Shown here piece by piece: positions 58,468 through 64,000 of a stretch of DNA of 64,000 bases. Below the pieces are notes generated by a model. That model was not told the DNA's origin and did no database searches. It saw nothing but the letters and a program-made list of their open reading frames with translations. A program made the translations under genes and the position numbers. Each line of letters starts with the position of its first letter. Positions within the stretch are counted from its first letter, which is position 1. Where the stretch lies: NCBI GenBank assembly GCA_030141605.1, contig JAQGDQ010000963.1, positions 11,654 to 75,653 of the forward strand, read 5' to 3'. This stretch comes from Tubiluchus corallicola (lineage: Eukaryota > Animalia > Priapulida).

Positions 58468-59170
58468 ACTGGGGAACTATATCAGTCTGCCCGGTAAGAT
58501 TTTCCGGACTCTGGATATTTTCTAAAAGTAGCCAGTAGTGGTGGGCATATTCGACTATTAGGAATCAGTTACTGCGGTTACTTAACCGCATGTCGCTGGC
58601 ATTGGCTACTTTCCTGAGTAATCGAATACTGAATATTTTCTTTCACTATGTTAATCATTATCATTATCATCATAATCGTCATCATCAGATGCTCATTACA
58701 TCTATTGTAGACATTGGGCAAGCAGAATTCTAAAATAAAAGAAATCTGCCTTCAGACAGGTAAATGCAGCAGTAATCCAGCAAAACAACTAGGCAATGCT
58801 ATGTCAGTGGCTTGTCAGCACCATTTCCGAAGTGCCTTTGACACAAGTGACTTTTCTGGTAATGAGTTTATAATAATTTGACATTTGAAAACTCCAGAAA
58901 GAGTTTGAAAAGCCCAGTAAAGATGACAAAGTAGGAAATGCTCTTTGAGAACAAACAAACGTCTTATTTTAAGTATGTGAAGGAAAAATATTGAGTCAAT
59001 TATGAGGAATTATTTGAGTTAAATACCGGCAGTTTTTATGTACATTTGAGTAGAAGCGACTGTGCCATGCATTTTTGAATTAATTAAGCAACTGAATCTA
59101 TTAACCTTGAGTGTACTGTACGAATATACATATATATTTGATTCAATATAAGATTCGATGCTATAGCCCG
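58468..59170. repeat. Inverted copy of the cadherin copy 1 upstream region (45566-46420)
   Basis: Reverse-complement match (paired ORFs 45517 + and 59019 -); lacks the 136-bp duplication at ~46010-46290. Confidence 0.88.
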
Positions 59171-59399
59171 ATGGTATTGTTTTCAGTGATGACAATGTTG
59201 CTATTGCGATTGCGATACACGACTCTCTCCACCTATCAGAGGCGGGCACCTTTATAGGGTGCAAAGTCTATTCTTCTTTAACGCTGACCTTTTATTTGTC
59301 TTTTACAAGTTTAATGTCTTTATTTGTCTTTATCCTGTATTCCATACATTCGTTCACTAGATTTCAAATTTCTAGCAATCCTTACTTTTCACTGTTCAT

Positions 59400-59815
59400 T
59401 AATACATGTGAGTTCAAAATTTTTTTCCATTCTCCTTATCTGTAACATCTAAGCATATGTTCAGTAGTGTCATCATCTTCCCCACACACTGGGCATAATA
59501 ACTAATTCTTAAACTCATTCTCTTGTAGTTCCCTTTAACTTTAATCATATTCAGTCTTATTTTCAATATATCTTTAACCTCTTCTGGCTTGCATGTGTCT
59601 ATGTAATTTTGTCTTTTCCACTCGGTGTGCCTTAAAAATTTTAATTTAGTGCTGCTCCTGCATTTTTCTGCACATTCACTCTTTATACAACATTCAATCT
59701 TATTCTTTATTTCTCTCTTCCATTCAGACTTTTTCATGACCTTCACCCTTTCTTTATTAGCATCTATGGTATATATTTTTGCAGTCTCAACTACTTCATT
59801 ATACCATGACCTTTT
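59400..59815 (-). mobile_element. Non-LTR retrotransposon ORF2 C-terminal fragment (zinc knuckle)
   Basis: SWY...KSEWKREIK..KLKFL..ILKIRLNM.KVKGNYK, then a frameshift to CPVCGEDDDTTEHMLRC. Confidence 0.7.
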
Positions 59816-60264
59816 AAACTTGTACTGTACTTGTACTGATACACAATAAAATTCTATAAAAGTATTTTTATGGAAGTGTGTAATTTTTGACAAAGTTCCA
59901 GGTAGTCAGAATATGAACGAAATATAAGATAACAAATTGAAGAAATGCGTAGAAAATGTTAAACAATGTTAAACAATAATTATGTGTAGCCTTATTGTTC
60001 TATACCTATACAGAATCATTTTCACAGCATTGTGTGATGTTAAACAATGCGAAGCAGCTGAGCAGGAATGGAACGTCTCCCTGGCTAGCTTTGAACAAAG
60101 TGCAAATTTGGAGGAGAATCAAAAAAGTGGGAAAAGGAGGATATCACAGGACGATGCAGAATTGATCACTTGAGCTGTTCTTGTATTACTGTTGTAGCAC
60201 ACAGTGGAATGTTGATTTGACTTACTTTGCATTACTCAAAGCGGTATTCTTTATTCAAGACAAA

Positions 60265-62202
60265 ATGCATTTGATCGTGCGTGATCATGTTAGCCGTACT
60301 TTCACTGGCAAAGCTGTGGCCAGTATTTTGCACAATATTGTACTTACCATGATAGTTTTTCTTAGTTTTGTAGTCGTGACTAAAACAGCAATAGATCTAA
60401 GGAAGTGTGATGATGTAATGAAAGTGCAGTATTATTGGACTATTATGGACAATCGTGATACTCGCATCTTTACTCGGTTCATTGGTAAAGGACCTCGTCT
60501 CACTTACAAACTTCTAACATTCAGATTAAAGTCAGACCCAGCACAACTGATTCGTATGGGAAACTCAGCAACTGACAAATACGCATTCAGTTTAGGAATC
60601 ACAAAGTCTATACCAGACTATCTCAACACTCAAAGTGACCCACCACCCAGGTTAAACTGGGAAATAAAAATAGAATGCAGATCAGTCCTACCACTAAGTC
60701 CAACGGCACCATTTGACATGAAAATGAATGTTACTATAAAATCATTGAACGTGCACCCACCAAGAGCAGCACCACAAACGCGAGCTAGATATCCTGTTTC
60801 AGAAAAAGCTGAGATTGGAACAATGTTAGCAAGTTTTGTGGTGCTAGATGACGATCTGACTGCTCCCAACCATTATTTTTCAAAGTGTTCCATCGACGAC
60901 AAAAATTCCCCATTTAAAGCAGAAGCGAAAAAGGGTACCAACAATTGTGAGATTTTCTTGCACAAGGAACTAGATTATGAGCAGCAGTCGCAGCATAATG
61001 TCACAGTTACGATGCGTGATGCAGGCAAGATTCCAAATAACGGCACACATGTATTCACTTTCGATGTAGCAGATGTCCATTTCAATCCTGTATTTGATGC
61101 AGAAATGTATTACGCCACTATAAAAGACAATGACCCAGTAGGGACGATAATAAATGTCAAGCCAAACAGAATTTCTGCCGTCGACGGCGAATCGGGAAAA
61201 AGTGATGAACACATAAGATACAGCCTGGAAGTTAGTAGTAAACCTTTTAAATTTGTCAATGCAGACAATAAAGAAATGCCAGAGGAAAGTGTAGGGGACA
61301 TGAAAATAATAGGAAAGATAACAGAACGCGAGTATTTCCTGCCGGTCAGAGCCGCTTACGTGAAGGATGGTGAACCCGAGTACTACACTGCAATGACAGG
61401 CATACACATTACAGTGCAAATTCAAGGACCACCCCCTGGATTTACTCAAAAATTGTACAAAGCTACAGTTGTGGAAAGTCTTCCTGTAGGACGGGGCATA
61501 TTGCTCGTCCAAACCGAAGATTTATCCCGGACAAACATCCCGGAGTTTTCTTATAGTCTGAAGACGAAGACTGGCGAATCAGTAGGTGAGTTTACAGTGG
61601 ACGGCTATGGTATAATAACAGTTACGAGAAAACTGACTCCAGGAGTCCATGTTTTTGTTGCAGTGGCTGCAAATGCTGATGGGTCGAGGGAGGCTGATAT
61701 TGAGGTGACCGTTTTGGCAGAAATTAATGAGAATCCAAAGTTCTCAAAGGACTTTTATGATTTCGAATTTGCGAAAAACATTTCGGCCGATGATAACAAT
61801 AATGTGGTAAGCGCAGAACCTGCAGACGTGGTTAAGTTTAGAATGCTTACTATGGACGAGTACTTTGTCATCAAGTCTCCTCGGCAGGGAACCGGCATCA
61901 TTACAGCCACGGATATGCTGGAAGAAACTTTGCCATTGGGAAAGTACAGGTTCGTTGTTCTTGCCTGCATAGATGGAAATGCAGCAATTGATGAAGATGA
62001 GTTGTGCAGTGCAGCTGAAGTAGAGGCCAATGTAGTACAAGAGATCGATGATTGGTTAGGGGCCTTGCAAGATGATTCAACGACTAGCTACAGCATGAAC
62101 GAAGTTCTCATACTCGTAGCTTTTGCTTTGGTTTTGTTTGGTATCGTATGCGTCCTAATCTACATGATTATCATGCAGCAGCGATACAATATGGGAAACT
62201 GA
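60265..62202 (+). CDS. Cadherin-like type I membrane protein, copy 3 (~645 aa)
   Basis: Inverted paralogue; same signal, repeats, TM and QQRYNMGN tail; intact ORF. Confidence 0.88.
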   Translation: MHLIVRDHVSRTFTGKAVASILHNIVLTMIVFLSFVVVTKTAIDLRKCDDVMKVQYYWTIMDNRDTRIFTRFIGKGPRLTYKLLTFRLKSDPAQLIRMGNSATDKYAFSLGITKSIPDYLNTQSDPPPRLNWEIKIECRSVLPLSPTAPFDMKMNVTIKSLNVHPPRAAPQTRARYPVSEKAEIGTMLASFVVLDDDLTAPNHYFSKCSIDDKNSPFKAEAKKGTNNCEIFLHKELDYEQQSQHNVTVTMRDAGKIPNNGTHVFTFDVADVHFNPVFDAEMYYATIKDNDPVGTIINVKPNRISAVDGESGKSDEHIRYSLEVSSKPFKFVNADNKEMPEESVGDMKIIGKITEREYFLPVRAAYVKDGEPEYYTAMTGIHITVQIQGPPPGFTQKLYKATVVESLPVGRGILLVQTEDLSRTNIPEFSYSLKTKTGESVGEFTVDGYGIITVTRKLTPGVHVFVAVAANADGSREADIEVTVLAEINENPKFSKDFYDFEFAKNISADDNNNVVSAEPADVVKFRMLTMDEYFVIKSPRQGTGIITATDMLEETLPLGKYRFVVLACIDGNAAIDEDELCSAAEVEANVVQEIDDWLGALQDDSTTSYSMNEVLILVAFALVLFGIVCVLIYMIIMQQRYNMGN

Positions 62203-63134
62203 CTCTAGTAGTCTATTGTTTGCTGCCAACTTCAATAAGTGAAGCACTGTGAAAAATGTATCATCAAGGAACTGTTTTGCCTAGGCTTCATTCTAGCAAA
62301 GTAATCTATAACTTCATTATAATCCACCTCAGTAGTCAACTCTCAATGTAGAGCAAAGATAACCCAGACAATTTATCCTCGCCCATTGTAGACTGAAGGT
62401 ACGACTTTATCTGTCAGCCGACTAACAGATGTTTCAGCAACCGCATAAATGAACTAAAAAATTACTAAAACAGCACCAATTTTGAAAAATGCTCCCCCAG
62501 TAGTTATGCCACTGACAGACTACTGCCTCTCAAAAGAAAATGCTCAAATGCTTTGCTAAAATGACACTGCTGGTTGCATAATCATTTGTGATGTATTTTT
62601 AATGTACATCAATCAAATAATTGAGTATAAACTTAATTTCTGGGATTTCTTAGAGGCAAATCTTTAAATCATGTAAGTATAAGAGTAATATACTGCTTGA
62701 ATTGCCTGCAGATTGCAGTAGTGTAAATATCCAAAAGGCAGTATTGTACTGAAAAAACGTATTTATGTAAAGTGTGGAGAAAAGACAAACTATTCATAAC
62801 AGATTTTGTGTTGCAGACATTGTGACTTGATGAAAAAAATCTGACCAAAGGTAAATTATAGTTATGAATGCAATGCCCGCAGGAGATGTTTATCATTTCA
62901 ATTACATACTAACAGCTACGTAATTAACAATTTGTGTTCAATACAGGCGAAGTATTGAAAATAGTAAAGAAACTTCACAATGTTAAAAGTGACCAAGCTG
63001 CTCGTTATTCACAGTCAAATTATGTTTTGCATGATCCACCGGTCCATTCATGGAACGACACTTATACCCTGCTAACCAATAAACATGAGAAGCAGTGCTG
63101 CATAGCACGAACACATCATTTTGAGCAGTTACTA

Positions 63135-63292
63135 TTACTTCCTTGGGTCAGGATGAAATCTTTTCGAGCTGTCCGCAGCATGGTCAAGCAACAGTTGGCA
63201 TGGAGTAAATTGAGGCCCGTAAGTGTCTTGGAATTCTTGCATCTTTGAGACAAGTTTATCAGCACCGTAATGGTCCACAAAGCGGAATGGAC
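63135..63292 (-). CDS. HADHA: Last coding exon of mitochondrial trifunctional enzyme subunit alpha
   Basis: ctatag| acceptor, then (G)[51 protein letters not shown]; matches the recalled HADHA C-terminus GPFRFVDLYGA...[12 protein letters not shown]; missed by the ORF track. Confidence 0.9.
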
Positions 63293-64000
63293 CTATAGAT
63301 TAACAAAAACGTTAGTGTGAGAAACCATATCTGTTATGAAAACTTGCCAGCTCAATTAAAGACAAGCCATTTAGCATTTATAAAGAATTGAAATTACATA
63401 ATTTCATTACTTTTTTATTTGTTACACTTGTAAAACCAGTTAGGACTTTGCCCTTGTTTTTCAAATTTTCACTTTTGAAATTAAATTCACAAGTGAGAAA
63501 AGCATCATTTCTTACATTCAGCAAAATGAGTTTATTTAACCAATAAACAATAATTTACTAATACACCCCAAGTTTTCTAAAGCATAATTCAAGTAGAACG
63601 CAAACATGTCTGTATCAGTGCAGTAGTGCACAAAGAATTTAAGTAGATATAAATTTAGTATTTATGGAAACCTCTAAATTGTCGCAAGTTAATTACTGAC
63701 ACAGAGTCCAACTTTTTTTACATAAATCTGCTACAGCAGAATAGCAGCTAAGGCACATACCCAATGTATTTCAAGTGGACTCAGTCATCACCCAACAATA
63801 TTTTTGTAGAATGACATGGACAACATTCACAGAATATGCAGAGATGGGCTGCAATATGCCATACATAACAAATATTGTGACATTACATCAGAAGCTCAAG
63901 AAGCAAGAAGGCATGGAAATCGTTAACAGTGTGTTGTGCAACAAAAGTTAAAGGTACCAAGACTAGATGTGGGTTACAAACCAACGAAATTCCCCCTTAG

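Noticed and set aside
62934-63248. 104-aa plus-strand ORF as a URB1 exon or separate gene
   Set aside because: It is antisense to the HADHA terminal exon and has no URB1-like motifs.

Overview
AT-rich, intron- and repeat-rich eukaryotic (animal, probably invertebrate) genomic DNA; no prokaryotic features. 1-34 kb: 20 hand-assembled, phase-consistent GT-AG exons (+ strand, ~1225 codons) of a URB1/Npa1-like nucleolar protein gene. Its introns are packed with MITEs (hAT, Tc1/pogo, piggyBac-like), microsatellites and minisatellites; two minisatellites amplify an exon end together with its splice donor, in frame. 35-38.5 kb: two adjacent satellite arrays. 38.5-62.2 kb: three cadherin-like type I membrane protein genes with uninterrupted ORFs and almost no cytoplasmic tail (two on -, one on +). 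They have a hypervariable N-terminal domain and mosaic, conversion-like similarity, and each is preceded by a small coding-like upstream segment. Two inverted, defective BEL/Pao LTR retrotransposon copies bracket the first two genes. 63.1-63.3 kb: last coding exon of HADHA on the - strand. The URB1 3' portion was not found in the window. The most novel-looking system is the diversifying cadherin cluster. Family assignments are from recalled motifs, not database searches.
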